Shown: piece by piece, positions 1 to 12,163 of the stretch | Numbering within the stretch: the stretch's first letter is position 1 | Layout of the letters: every line of letters begins with the position of its first letter | Assembly: GCF_009834535.1 (NCBI RefSeq) | Contig: NC_045696.1 | Location: forward strand, 15,936,001-16,000,000 | DNA: 64,000 bases | Direction of reading: 5' to 3' | Origin: Camelus ferus | Taxonomy: Eukaryota | The notes under the pieces: generated by a model | Database searches by the model: none | What the model was told of the DNA's origin: nothing | Seen by the model: only the letters and a program-made list of their open reading frames with translations | Position numbers and translations under genes: made by a program

Positions 1-279
1 ACTTAGAATAGAATGAAACTTCCTCAGTCTGATAAAGGGCATCAGTGAAAAACCTACATCCACATAATATTTAATGGTGAAAGATTGAAAGCTTTCATCC
101 TAATAGGAACAATGCAAGGTTGCCCACTCTCATCACTCCTATTCAGTATTACACTGTCAGTCCTAAGCAGAATAATAAGAGGAGAAAAAGTCGTATAGAC
201 TATAAGGAAAAAAAAAAAACCATCTCTACTCACAGACAACATGGTATTTCCCTACATAGACAATCTCAAGGAATCTACA

Positions 280-310
<31 letters not shown>

Positions 311-800
311 AAAAAACAAAAACAAAACAAAATAAAACACCTCCTAGAACTAATAAGTGAATTTAGCAAGGTCACAAGATACAAGGTGAACTTTCAAAAC
401 TCAATCACATAGTCCCATCTACTAACAATAAACAATAAGCAATCCAGAACAATATTGAAATATACACAGCTACAACAGCTGCAAAAAAAATTAAAATCTA
501 TGTTCACAGATTGCAAGGCTCAACATAGTAAAAGATGCCAACTCTTCCAAGTGGATCTACAGATAAAACACAATTACAATCAAAATCCCAGCAGGATTGT
601 TTTGTAAATGTAGACAAGCTGATTCTAAAATTCATATGGACAAGCAAAGCCAAAGTAATTTTGAAAAAGAATAAAACTAGAAGTATCCTGAATTTTAGAC
701 CTACTATAACGTTATAGTATGGTACTAGTGAAGAGATAGACACACAAGTCAGTGGAACAGAATGGAGTCCAGCTAAACCTCCACATAAATGGCCCATTAA
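1..800 (+). mobile_element. Old L1 (L1M) ORF2 fragment, 5' part; continues at 1651
   Basis: Degenerate ORF2 RT-region sequence (ctgataaagggcatc, aatggtgaaagattgaaagctttc, aaaattcatatgga); broken frames. Confidence 0.9.
279..335 (+). repeat. Poly(A) plus (AAAAC)n tract within the L1
   Basis: Long A run followed by aaaac units, read directly. Confidence 0.95.
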
Positions 801-805
801 TTTTT

Positions 806-1650
806 TCTCTTTTTTCCCTATAAAAATCCTCTGTGTTCCACCTATTCATCCTTCCCTCCTCATAACTCCTAGGAACCACTGATATTTTTATTATCTCTAT
901 AGTTATAACTTTTCTAGAATGTCATATAATGGGGCTCATACAGTAAATAACATTTTCAGATTGCCTCTTTCACTTGGTAATATGCACTTGAGATTCTTCC
1001 ATGTCTTTTCATGGTTTGATAGCTCATTTCATTTTAGTATCAAATAACTTTCCTTTCTAGAAGTACCATAATTTATGTAACCATTCACCTTCTGAAGGAT
1101 ATCCTGGTTGCTTCCAAGTTTTGGCAATTATGAATGAAGCTGCTATAAACATCTACAGACATGTTTCTGAGTGGACATAAGTTTTTAACTCATTTGGGTA
1201 AATACCAAAGAGCATAGCTGCTAGATTGTAATAGTAAGAGTATTTTTAGTTTTGTAAGAAACTACCAAAATGTCTTTCCAAATGGCTGTATCATTCCACA
1301 TTTCTACCAGCAATAAATGAGAGTTTCTGTTGCTCTACATCCTTTCCAACATTTAGTGTTTACAGTGTTTTTGATTTTGGTATGTAGTGGTATCTCAGTG
1401 TTGGTAGAATTTGCAACTCCCTAATAACATATGATATTGAGCATCTTTTCATATGCATATTTGCCATCTATACATCTTCTTTGATAAGGTGTCTGTTCAA
1501 GTCTTTGGTCCATTTTTTAAACCAGATTCTTCACTTTCTTATTGTTAAGTTTTAAGAGTTCTTTGTATATTTTGGATAAGAGTCCTTTATCAAATATGTC
1601 TATTGCAAATATTCTCTCCCACTCTGTGAATTTTGTTCTCATTCTCTTGA
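806..1650 (-). mobile_element. L1MC1-like 3' fragment inserted antisense into the older L1
   Basis: Antisense L1MC 3'UTR/ORF2 end (aaaatcctctgtg...ggttgcttccaagttttggcaattatgaat); host L1 resumes collinearly at 1651. Confidence 0.85.
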
Positions 1651-2920
1651 ACCAGCTGATTTTTTACACAAGTGCAAAGGCAATTACATTGGGAAAAAAT
1701 AGCCTTTTCAAAATGGTTGATATAATTGGACATATATATGCAAAAAAAAGTGAACCTCAATTTAAACCTCGTACCTCACACAAAAATTAACTCAAAATGA
1801 ATCACAGATTTCCATAGAAATGTAAAACTATAAAACTTTTAAATAATTTTCTTCATAACTTCAATTAGGCAAAGAACCAAAAGCATGAATGCTGCCAAAA
1901 AAAAATCATAAATCAGACCTCATCAAATTAAAAAATGTTCACTCTGTGAGAGACACTATTAAGAAAATGAAAAGATAATCCATAGTCCAGGAGAAGATAT
2001 TAGCAAATCATATATCTGACAAGGCTTTGTATCTAGAATATATAAAGAAATCTCTAAACTGACAAATAAGGAAACAATCTAACTTTAAAATAGTCAAAAG
2101 ACTTGAATAAAGATTTCACTAAGGAGGATATACAGATGATTTGTAAGCACAAGAAAAGATGATAATTAGCCACTAGGGAAATGTAAATTAAAACCACTAG
2201 AAGGTATTGCCATACACTTGTTAGAATGGCTAAAATAAACAACACTGACAATACCAAGTGCTGACAAGGATACAGAACATCTATAACTCTTGTATACTGT
2301 TGGAGTGAAAAATGGTAAACAGCTTGGCAGTTCTTATAAAGTTATATATACTTACCATGTGCTCAAGCAGTTTCATTCCTGGGAATTTACACAAGAGAAA
2401 TCAAAACTTATGTTCACACAAAAATCTGTATATGAATATTTATAGCAGACCTTCTGGTAGTCAACCAAAAACTGAGAACAATCCAAATGTCCTTCAACAG
2501 ATAGATGAATAAACAAACTGTGAAACATCCACAGAATGGAAAACTACTCAGCAATAAACATTATCAATGTATGTATATCACACAACTTGGATGAATCTCA
2601 AAGACATTATGACTAGTGAAAAAAGTCAGTCCCAAAAGTTTATATATACTGTATGATTCTATTTATATGACTTTCTTTAAAACTAGATAAATTATAGTGA
2701 CATAAAAGAGATCAATATTTACTAAGGATTGGGAGGAAGCAAGGGAGGGAAGGGTATAAAGGGATACCAAAAGGGAGTTTTTTAGGATGGTGAAACTGGT
2801 CTTATCCTTGATTATGTTGTGATAAGACAAATCTATCATGTGTTAAAATTTATAAACCTGTACACCAAAAACAGTCAATTTTATTGTATGCTAATTTTAA
2901 ATTTTAAATTAAATTTTTTA
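1651..2920 (+). mobile_element. Old L1 (L1MC/MD-like) ORF2 3' end and 3'UTR
   Basis: gaaatgtaaattaaaaccac, ccaaatgtccttcaacag, ggatgaatctcaaagacattatg, A/T-rich tail. Confidence 0.9.
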
Positions 2921-3229
2921 GAAATAGCAATATATCTAGGTGAACTCATTCTAAGATGATTTTATCTTGAGATGTTGAATAGTAATTTTTTTTGTATTCT
3001 TATACATTTCTTTTCCAGTTTTATCCTGTACTATCTCTTTTGTCTCATTGCTTTTTCTTTTATTAGTACTTGTGGTGTCATTCATTCTTGTGTTACTTTA
3101 GAACTCTTTATGTTTTTATTTTAAGGAGAGTAGATATTTGGCACCAGGGAGGCATTCTTCAACTCTTATGTACATAGGAATCTGATGAGATAGATGTAAA
3201 AAAGCATATTTATTGCCCATCTCCCTCAG

Positions 3230-3328
3230 AAATCATTTAGAAATCTAGATTAGGTCCTTGAAAATCACCATGTGACATCAGCGTGGGAGGGTTCTACTGA
3301 CCACGCTTTGAGAAGCACTGAGTTAGAG
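3230..3328. mobile_element. MER5-like hAT-Charlie fragment
   Basis: Terminal motif accacgctttgagaagcactg. Confidence 0.4.
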
Positions 3329-3759
3329 GCACATGAAGCAAAAACATGAGACCATCTTTAGTTTGTTGAGTCTCTTCATGAAAAGACTCAGTTATCCTGC
3401 AAACCAGTAGAACATAAGCTCAATCTGAAGAGCTTCAGTCATTGTTACCTAGGAGTACACTTATCTTTGCCTATGGGAGTGTAAACACCAGGACTGGTAT
3501 TTTAGTAATGCACCTGGCAATTTGCTAGAGATTTGATGTCTGATATAAACACTTCCCACAACTTTCACGAAAAATGGATCAAGTTTTTTCACAAGAAAAA
3601 CATAATCATGGCTTGTATTTTCTCCAAAGTTATGGATTCAAATAAATTACAGATGTGCTTAACAATATGTCAAAAAACAAAGCTACACCTATAACAACAT
3701 ATTTGTTTAAATATTTAAATAATACACTGAACCCTATAAATGGATATACTTCTCTGTGA

Positions 3760-3862
3760 ATGTACATATTGATATACATATATACACATACATATATATG
3801 GCATATATGCATGCAACATATACGTATGTATATGTATATACACATACATATATCTATACATA
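3760..3862. repeat. Degenerate (TA/CA/TG)n low-complexity tract
   Basis: tatacatatatacacatacatatatatg... Confidence 0.85.
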
Positions 3863-3869
3863 AGTGATA

Positions 3870-4046
3870 TTGATAATAATAATAGATTCTACCAGGTATT
3901 AAGTACCTGCTGTGTACTAAGCATTGAGCTAATTGCTTTCTACTCATTTTCTTATTTCATCTTGAAGGGAGCATATTATTGTATTACCCACTTTACAGAT
4001 GATAAAATCCAGGAGCCAAGAGAAGTCTCGTCTGAGGTCACACAGA
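3870..4046 (-). mobile_element. MIR SINE
   Basis: Core cccactttacagatgataaaa...gaggtcacacag. Confidence 0.75.
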
Positions 4047-4379
4047 AAGTCCTATGACAAGCACGTAGAAACTAAATAAATATAACTATATTGCATCATG
4101 CATTTAACCTACTAAAATGAATATACCAGCTACAGTAACAATGCACCATTTAGTTACCAATAACTCAGCTTTCCTTTAAACTTGTAAGAATTTTCTTACA
4201 ATGGTTTGGAAGGCTCATATCAACAAAGTTATGCAGTAAAGTTGCAAACAATAATTTATTTGAGTTTTCCAGAAAAACTCTCTGAGGCAAGAGAACTTAA
4301 AAGCTTCTCTCAAGGTAAAAAAAATAAATAAACATTGTTCGGTTATGTGTTAACTTACGTCAATTTTCTTGTTTTAATA

Positions 4380-4503
4380 ATGTTCTACAGTTATATAAGA
4401 TTTCACTCACCATAGGAAGCCGGGTGAAGGGTTGAAAGGATTCTATGCACTATTTTTACAACTTCCTAGAAGCCTATAATCATTTCAAAATAAAAAGTTA
4501 AAG
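4380..4503 (+). mobile_element. Old L1 extreme 3' end fragment
   Basis: gggtgaagggt...actatttttacaacttcc...tttcaaaataaaaagtt. Confidence 0.65.
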
Positions 4504-4734
4504 TAAATAAACTTTGTGGATCCAAATATTTGAAGGCTTTCCAAAGCTAAGATATCTAAGTATGGAGAACTTACCTCATCCTTATATTAATCCTCTTTAA
4601 ATCCCAAACCACAAGTTAGACACAGCTTTGGAAAAGATAAGAAGTATCTGATAGGTGTTTGTGTGTGGGGAAGAGCAGATCCAAGACCGCTAAGAGTCCT
4701 TGGCCTTGGTGCTGCTGAGTTGTTGGATCTCTTG

Positions 4735-5730
4735 GGATAATTGCATTTGCGAGTAACAGAGGAGCCAACACAAACTGGCTTAAACTGAAATATACTGGCT
4801 TAGTCCAGAGAACGTTTAGGCTCCTGGTAAGGTTTGATAAGGACTCCAGTCCACAAACATACCTCTTTATTGCACCTCACTTCATTGCACTTTACAGGTA
4901 CTATGTTTTTACAATTGAAAGTTGGCGGCCAACCATGCATTGAGCAAGTTTATCAGCACTATTTTTCCAACAGCATTTTCTTACTTCATGTCTCTGGGTC
5001 ACATTTTGGTAATTCTCACAAGAGTTCAAACTTTTTCATTGTTGTATTTGTTGTGGTAATCTGTGATCAGTGATCTTTGATCACTATTGCAAAAAGATTG
5101 CAATTCATTGAAGGCTCAGACGATGGTTAGCTTTTTTTTTTAGCAATATAATATTTTTAATTAAGGCATGTTCATTGTTTTTAGACATAATGCTATTGCA
5201 CATTTAATAAACTACAGTATAATATAAACATAACTTTTCTATGCACTGGGGAACCAAAAATTTATGTGCCTTGAATTATCATGATATTTGCTTCATTGTG
5301 GTGATCTGGAACTGAATCCACACTGTCTCCAAGGTATGCTTATAGTTGTCTGTAATTCATGGATATTTACCACCCTGGTGTGTCAGCTTTATCCTGAAAC
5401 CGGCTTTCCTCATGGTAGCAAAGTATCTATAACAGCTCCAGGCCTCACATCAAGACACTACACCACTCAGAAGGAGAGAGAACTTCTGTTCTCCCAAGCT
5501 TTGAATAAATGCCATGGGCTTCACTCTGATTGGAACAACTCATCTCATGTGAACCAATCTGAACCAATCTGGGCCAATCATTGTAAACAGGGAGACGGAA
5601 CTGCACTATGGGCCAGGCCAATCAGAGTCCGGTTCTAAAGCTAGAGCTCATGCCATTTATCTGGATTAGTGGCTCCTCTATCATTAAGAAGGGATGAACT
5701 GATGCTGGAGAAGCAACAATATCATCCACT
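4735..5730 (-). mobile_element. MLT1 (MaLR, MLT1K/L-like) LTR split by a Tigger insertion
   Basis: tgcgagtaacaga...aaactggcttaaac on the left; gctccaggcctcacatc, ctctgattgg, ggccaatcagag on the right. Confidence 0.65.
4854..5342 (+). mobile_element. Tigger1 internal-deletion derivative (Tigger1a_Art-like MITE)
   Basis: Degenerate TIRs caaacatacctc...aaggtatgctta; Tigger1 left and right ends joined; second copy at 26366-26847. Confidence 0.9.
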
Positions 5731-7484
5731 GGAGATATAGTCACATTTAAACAATAGAGGCTTGCCTGCCTAATAATCCACTTGGATAGTATTAACCGGA
5801 AAAATCCGTTCCTTCATTCAAATAACAGATCCATTTAATCAAGTATGCAGCGTGGAAGATATATTTTACTTAATTGGTCAGTCAATCATTTTTAAAAAAC
5901 GATTAGAGAATTGAATCATTATTTCACTCTTTTAACAAGACACCTTGATAGAATGGGTATCAAAATATTGGTTAAATTTTGTATGTGTGTGTACTCAAAC
6001 TATTTTTATATAGGTCTATTATTTTTCAAGGATTTTACTGGCAGTTTTCAAAGTCAATTTAAGTCACAAGTAACTTGCTCTTTTTAACAGGATTAATCAA
6101 TAATCAAGTACTAATACCATCACGTTTTCTCTGCACAATGTAAATTCAACCAGTTGAAAAGCTGAGGAGAGTTGGGGAGTAAGAAAATAGTTTATTTCCT
6201 CTGCATGTTGATATATAACTGACTTATTACTACTTTCTCCCCCACCCCCAAATTTACTTGTAATTTTATCAGATCAACTGGTTATTTTGGCACCATAAAG
6301 CCACAATATATATTCAAGCTCTTGGCCCAGTAAATGAACTACAATATTATGGAAGCATTTTTCATGTGCAAATGTGCACTGTGAAGCACACCAACCTGAA
6401 AACCAACAGCAGTTTCCTCTAAAACTTGCAAATCAGCTCTTAAAATTGATCTTCTTTAACCATCTGGTCATAGTGCTAAACAACTTAGAAGAAAAACTGT
6501 CTCACATTTTTATTGGCTTGAGAAAGGGTAAAGTTTTGTTTGCAATGTTTTCCATTAATCTTGTTTTCAAAGGAACCACTAGAGAGACACTGCTATCATT
6601 ACACCTGCCATGGAAAGCTCAGACACCTACTGTGCGTATATACTATTTTTGATCTAGAATTGTTCTTTTCCACATACTCCCACTTAATGTTTCACTGTTT
6701 TTCTCTTCTAGTCACATAGTTCTTTTTAAAAAGGGTTATATATACACAAAAAGACCTTTTCATTTCTTTCTTCTTTTGATTTATCATCTTATCCTGATTG
6801 ATTCATGGTTATTTCCCTCCCGTATTTTAATTATAATGTGTCATCTTCTACTTGATTTTCTTCAGTTTATTTAAAGCAAAGACCATGCATATCCACTAGG
6901 TCACTTTAACTTTTAAAATACAACATACATTTTATTTTTTTCATGATTTCTAGATCAGTATATTTTTAAATAATTGAGTGCTCTTCTTCACAAATTCACA
7001 AAAAGAAATTTTGCTCCTCTTTCTTTCAAGATTTAGTCCTCAGGGATAGCTTTGAGCTTTCCTGGAACAGAAGAAAGATCACAAGCCAATTTACTTATAG
7101 AAAAAAAAAAGTATGTTAACTGAACAACTGTAAGAAGAACTGTTCAAATGTAAGATTTTAGAAATTTCAAAACCACATACCACATATTTCTCTTACCGTC
7201 TGATCTAAATGTGGCTCTGTTCCAAATTATAGTTTTTAAAAATGCAAAACTAATTTCTTAAATCAACATAATATTCTGTAGCATAAAAAAATTAGAAACA
7301 GGCCTTCAAGAAGACAATTTTCACCATCAAAGTTATTTTCCTTTAGCTATTTCCTCTTCCCTCTCCAAATATCCATGACCAAACTACAATGCGAGTTGTC
7401 TTGAAATAAAAATATATTGATTCCCAGTGACCTCTGGCAAACATTAACATCTTTTTCTTGCTTATATAATTTAACCTTTAACCA

Positions 7485-7589
7485 GGAAAGAAAAGAAAGG
7501 AAGAAAGGAAGGAAGAAAGGAAGGAAGGAAGGAAGGAAGGAAGGAAGGAAGGAAGGAAGGAAGGAAGGAAGGAAGGAAGGAAGAAAGAA

Positions 7590-7669
<80 letters not shown>

Positions 7670-7678
7670 AATAAAGGA

Positions 7679-7714
<36 letters not shown>

Positions 7715-7806
7715 AGAAAGAAAGAAGAAAGAAAGAAGAAGAAGAAGGAAGGAAGAAAGAAAGAGACGGAGGAAGGGAGGGAGGGAGGGAAAGAAAGAAA
7801 AGAAAG
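7485..7806 (+). repeat. Compound homopurine microsatellite (GGAA)n(GAAA)n(GAA)n(GGGA)n
   Basis: About 320 bp almost purely A/G; explains the ORFs at 7347-7948. Confidence 0.98.
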
Positions 7807-8124
7807 CTACCATTTTGCAAGGATACCTTTGTCTTATATTCTCAGCAAGACATATGCCAAATAATTTAGTAATTACATGAGTCTTCATGCTTTTTGCTCT
7901 ACTGAAATAACTGTGTAGCCCAAAGACAAATGGTCTCAGAGAAGGCAAAGCTAATGGTTCTGCTGTTATGAATTCACCTCACGAGATACACCTTTACATC
8001 TGGTCACAGTGAGGAAAGGACTCTAACCATCTGTGTTCTGCACACACCATCCAATCCTCAGTTGCATCTCAGGGAGAAACCACCCCACCGGACCCGCGCC
8101 CCAGCCCTGCAATGGCATCACACT

Positions 8125-8275
8125 GACTTGCTTTCATCCCAAACTCTGCTCCTGTTTCTACACATAACCTCTTGTTTTCCTCCAGATGTAGAAAGGAGGA
8201 AATTACAGCACCAACCTCACAGGGTTGGTATGAAGATTCAGTGAGATAATATACCAAAGATGCATGACACATAGA
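8125..8275 (+). mobile_element. MIR SINE
   Basis: acctcacagggttggtatgaagattcagtgagataat. Confidence 0.75.
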
Positions 8276-8574
8276 TTTTTCTTAAAAATAAATTCCCAGT
8301 ATCACTCTCTTTAAAAGATCTAGAGTAAGATTGCTTTTCTTTTAAGTCTTTTCATAATCTATATGGAGAGAGTTGAGGAGAATCTTCAAATGTCAACCAT
8401 AAGGTAATTCAAAGATACTGACTCATTACAATCAACATTATTTGATTTCGTTCTTTTCCATACAGCAAAGGTACACCCCTGGTGTAATAATTTAATACAG
8501 AAAAAAGCTCATGTTTTTCTTAAAAAAAAAAAAAAAAACCCAACTGAATACTACAATAGAAACACCTATAAAAA

Positions 8575-8772
8575 CTTACTACCAGCCATGCATATATATT
8601 ACTCATTTAATCTTTAGAACTCTAGTACTATTATTATTATACCCATTTTAGAGATGGGAAAACTGAGTAACACAGAACTTAATTTCCCCAAGAGAACCAA
8701 GCAAAAGAATGGTAGAGCTGTGTTCTGAACCCAGCAGAATCTATGTGTTTTAACTACTATATAATGCCTCCC
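8575..8772 (-). mobile_element. MIR SINE
   Basis: cccattttagagatgggaaaactgag...tgaacccagcag. Confidence 0.75.
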
Positions 8773-9319
8773 CATGGATGAGATTCTATAATTGGGCCAT
8801 GCTATCATTAATGCCCAGCTAGTGTTTGGTTCCCACAGGATGTGAACCAGTCCTTTCCTAGGAGACACCTGCAAGGCCCCTCTTGAGATGGCAGGTTGCA
8901 GTTTCCTATCCAGATGTAAAACAGTACACTTACAACCCCGCCATTCAGCTCTAGTCCCTAAGGATTTGGCCTTGAAAACAAACATGTTTGATGATTTGAA
9001 CTATCTTTATGGTTATTAATAAAAATCATCCAGAATGCATTCATGTTCCTCTTGTGCTCACAATTAAGTATGAGAACTGTTGCAAACCTGCAGAAACTTG
9101 GAGCACCTTACTCAGAAACTTCTGGCTAATGTACAAATCTACCATTTCATTGTGATGTAATTAATCAGTATCACCTGGGGATGAGAACTAGTATGCTGGA
9201 TCTTGGGCTTGATTATGTTGGATTTTGAATGGCAGTTTATTCCCTAAAATCAAGTTTCCCTCATCACCTACATTTGACAGGTTTTGCGGTGATCATGGTG
9301 TGTCCCTCAGTAGCTCAAA

Positions 9320-9432
9320 TTATGCTGTACCTCAGAAACTTACACAACATTGTAAACTGACAATATTTCAATAAAAATATATATATTCAAAAATTTAAAA
9401 ATAGAATAAATTAAATTAATTAAAATTAAAAT
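9320..9432 (+). mobile_element. Very short camelid-type L1 3' end
   Basis: tatgctgtacctcagaaacttacacaacattgtaaactgac...aataaaa matches the ends of the young L1s at 21460, 27760 and 50420. Confidence 0.8.
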
Positions 9433-9434
9433 TT

Positions 9435-9864
9435 TATGGCAGATGCCATGGAGCGCCCCCTCCAGAACTGAGACAAGTATTCCCCAGCCGCTGCAGGTAG
9501 TGACTGCTGAGAGTTTTCAGCTGAGCCTCTCTGCAGGGGTTGTTTGTATATAAAGAGTCACCTTACCCAAATTTCTGCCGCCTCCTCTGGGTCGGTGCAC
9601 ATCCAATGATGCTTAATATTGAGATCTAAGGCCCCGACCTCTTTGCCTCTATCTGGGACACTCTGGGACCATCCCAGCTCCACTGCACCCCATGGGATCA
9701 GCTGAGGCCTTTGTTGGAACTGCATTAAAGTTCAACCTCACCCCCTGCTCAGTCCTCCTTCCTTCATTCTCCCAGAATTATTGATCCCAAGAACACCCGC
9801 CAGTAAATCTCCTACCACAAACCTCTGCTTCAGAATCTGCTTTCCGGGAACCTGACCTTCAACA
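9435..9864 (+). mobile_element. LTR16A-like ERVL solo LTR
   Basis: ggcagatgc...catccaatga...ccatcccagctcc...gggatcagctgaggcc...gggaacctgacc...aca. Confidence 0.85.
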
Positions 9865-10969
9865 GTTGTTTAACAAGAAAAAACCTCCAGGTCATCTGGA
9901 AAAAACATTTCCTACCTTCTGCAGACCACACTGGCCTCGTCCCCAGCCTTCCCATGATGAAAAATATTTGTATTCTGTGCCATACTGGCAGTGTCTCTGA
10001 CAAGGACATTTTCTCAGGTCAATATAATTATGAAAATTGCTTCAGTCAAGGGCTGTCACTGAAGAACTTTACTATAAACTCAACACATAAGTCAACCCCA
10101 TAACATCATCTAAGAAACGTCTACAATTTAATGTTGAAAAAGATAGCACGGTCTGCAAAATAAGCAGTAATAATTTTACTGGACTATTGGCTCAACCTCT
10201 GAAATTCTAATTTCTTAAGAGTGGGCAACAGTTCAATTGAAAATTATGATTTTAATGATCATAAAGTTTCATAAACCACTGATCTCAGGTAAAATACAGA
10301 GTACATTCTTCTAGAATATGCTGCTTTCCCTCCAATTCTTCAAGAGAATCCATGCAGCTCTCCAGAGCCCTCCACTTTGTTTGCTCAAGATTAAGAAGTT
10401 TTCATTCCCATAAATGGAGAGATGACATCAAAGCAAGGTGTGCTCCACAGCAGAGAGCTTTGTCAATGACCGACCAATACCATAGTGTCTTTTTATATAT
10501 ACTAATCTTGGGCAGCTTTTTTCCCAACAGAAATAGACTTTTCTAACAAGAAAAAAAGTTCTGTTGGACAAGAGCTTAAGAACAGGCACATGCACACACA
10601 CACACAAAACACAGCATCTCTTCAGCAACAAAACCTTTAGTTTTTACAAAACTACTCCAGTCTTAAAGCATTTTACTGGTAACTATGAGATGTCAAGTGG
10701 ACCTATATATATGGGGCCTACATGGACCTAAACAATTTTCCAAAGAATCTAAAATATGAACCTAAGACTAAGATTAATAAATTATTATTGCATTCACCAG
10801 CCAAGCTTCCTAGAATCTATCACTTTTCACTCACTGATCACTTTTTATTGATTTAACTTTACATTTGGAGCTTCCTTTATATGAGCTCTAGATTTCTTTA
10901 GTTTTATCTCCTGTTCAAAAAAGACAAGTGATTTAAACCGAAATTGGTACTGATTTCCTCTTGTTTTAC

Positions 10970-11262
10970 TTACAGCCAGCTGTATTTTCCAAAGATGACT
11001 GCAACAGCATCCCCCATCTTTCTCGCTTTTCTTATCATATGATCATGCCATCGCTCACATGAAGTCGGAGTGCCTATGTCACCCTTTCTTTGAAACTGGC
11101 TGCATCCTTGTGACTGTCTTATCCAAGAGTATGGCAGAAGTGACGCAATGTGACTTGTAAGGTTAGACGATAAAACTCATGCACTTCAGCCTTGGTCTCT
11201 GGGGGTCTGCTCTTAGACCCAGTTGCCATGCTGTAAGGAAGTCCAGGCAGCCTGAGCGAGGG
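10970..11262 (+). mobile_element. MLT1F-like MaLR LTR, 5' part
   Basis: tattttccaaagatg, tatggcagaagtgac, gccatgctgtaaggaagtccaggc. Confidence 0.75.
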
Positions 11263-11299
11263 CACCCCTCCATCAGGGACGACTCTCTTTGAAGGCCAA

Positions 11300-11527
11300 A
11301 ACTGGGTTAGGATCTCCCTTACATATTTTCATAATACTGTGTATCTTCTCCTACAGATCCATTCAAACAATAGCAATTAGTTACTTGAATATTTATTCAT
11401 TTATAGTCAACTTCTCCCACTAGAATTTAATTTCAGGGAGACCTCAGCTGAGTCTGTCTTATTCCTGTCTCCCTTATGTCTAGAATGCCTGCCACGTAAG
11501 GTTCAGTCAACAAATGCTGATGAATTT
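11300..11527 (+). mobile_element. L2 3' end
   Basis: tctcccactagaa...gtctgtcttattc...tagaatgcctgccacgtaagg...aacaaatgctgatgaat. Confidence 0.7.
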
Positions 11528-11914
11528 AAAAAGGAACGAAACGGCCGAGCACCTGGCAACGTTTCACATCATCGGGTATTTGTGAATTTCAGGATAAGGT
11601 ACAGCTCTTTAGAAGCTTACAAAAGGGACCGTGACTATTGCACTAAAAATTAGATGCTAATAAAGTTTAAATCTGAACAAAGCTGGGCATGCAGGAGGTG
11701 TTTATATGCACCGGCATGTTTTCAGTTATTTGGTTCCACACCCCTCTTTTTGGGAAGAACTGTCCCTTTGCAGCCTCTCACAAAGCTCCAGGGTCCCCAT
11801 CGGGATGTTTCAGATGTGTCTGTGGAATGGATCACCTCATTTGCCCAGAAATGCCTCCATGTTTCTCCTTTCTTGCTCAAACCCACTATAGTGATATAGT
11901 TGTAAATGAGAGTT

Positions 11915-12163
11915 AGTCATGGATTTTGGTGCTACTGACATTTTGAACTGGATAATTCCTTGTTTTGCAGGGGAGGCAGGGACTGTCCTGAGTATTGTGG
12001 GATGCAGAGCAACATCCCTGGCCTCCACCCGCCAGACAGCAATAGCAACACTCCCTTATCCCCCATCACATCCTCCCAAGTTGCAATAACTAAAAAAGGT
12101 CTCTGGACTATGCCGGATGTCCCCAGCAGGAAAAACTGCCACTAGCTGAGAATCGCTGGTTAT
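11915..12163 (+). mobile_element. MER20 (hAT-Charlie)
   Basis: tactgacattttgaactggataattc...catccctggcctccaccc...tgagaatcgctg. Confidence 0.85.

Noticed and set aside
4570..4620. Minus-strand exon-like segment with a perfect gtaagt donor
   Set aside because: Stops in all three frames; at best non-coding and unsupported
7347..7948. Long F/L/S- and K/E/R-rich ORFs (up to 157 aa)
   Set aside because: Translations of the GGAA/GAAA microsatellite
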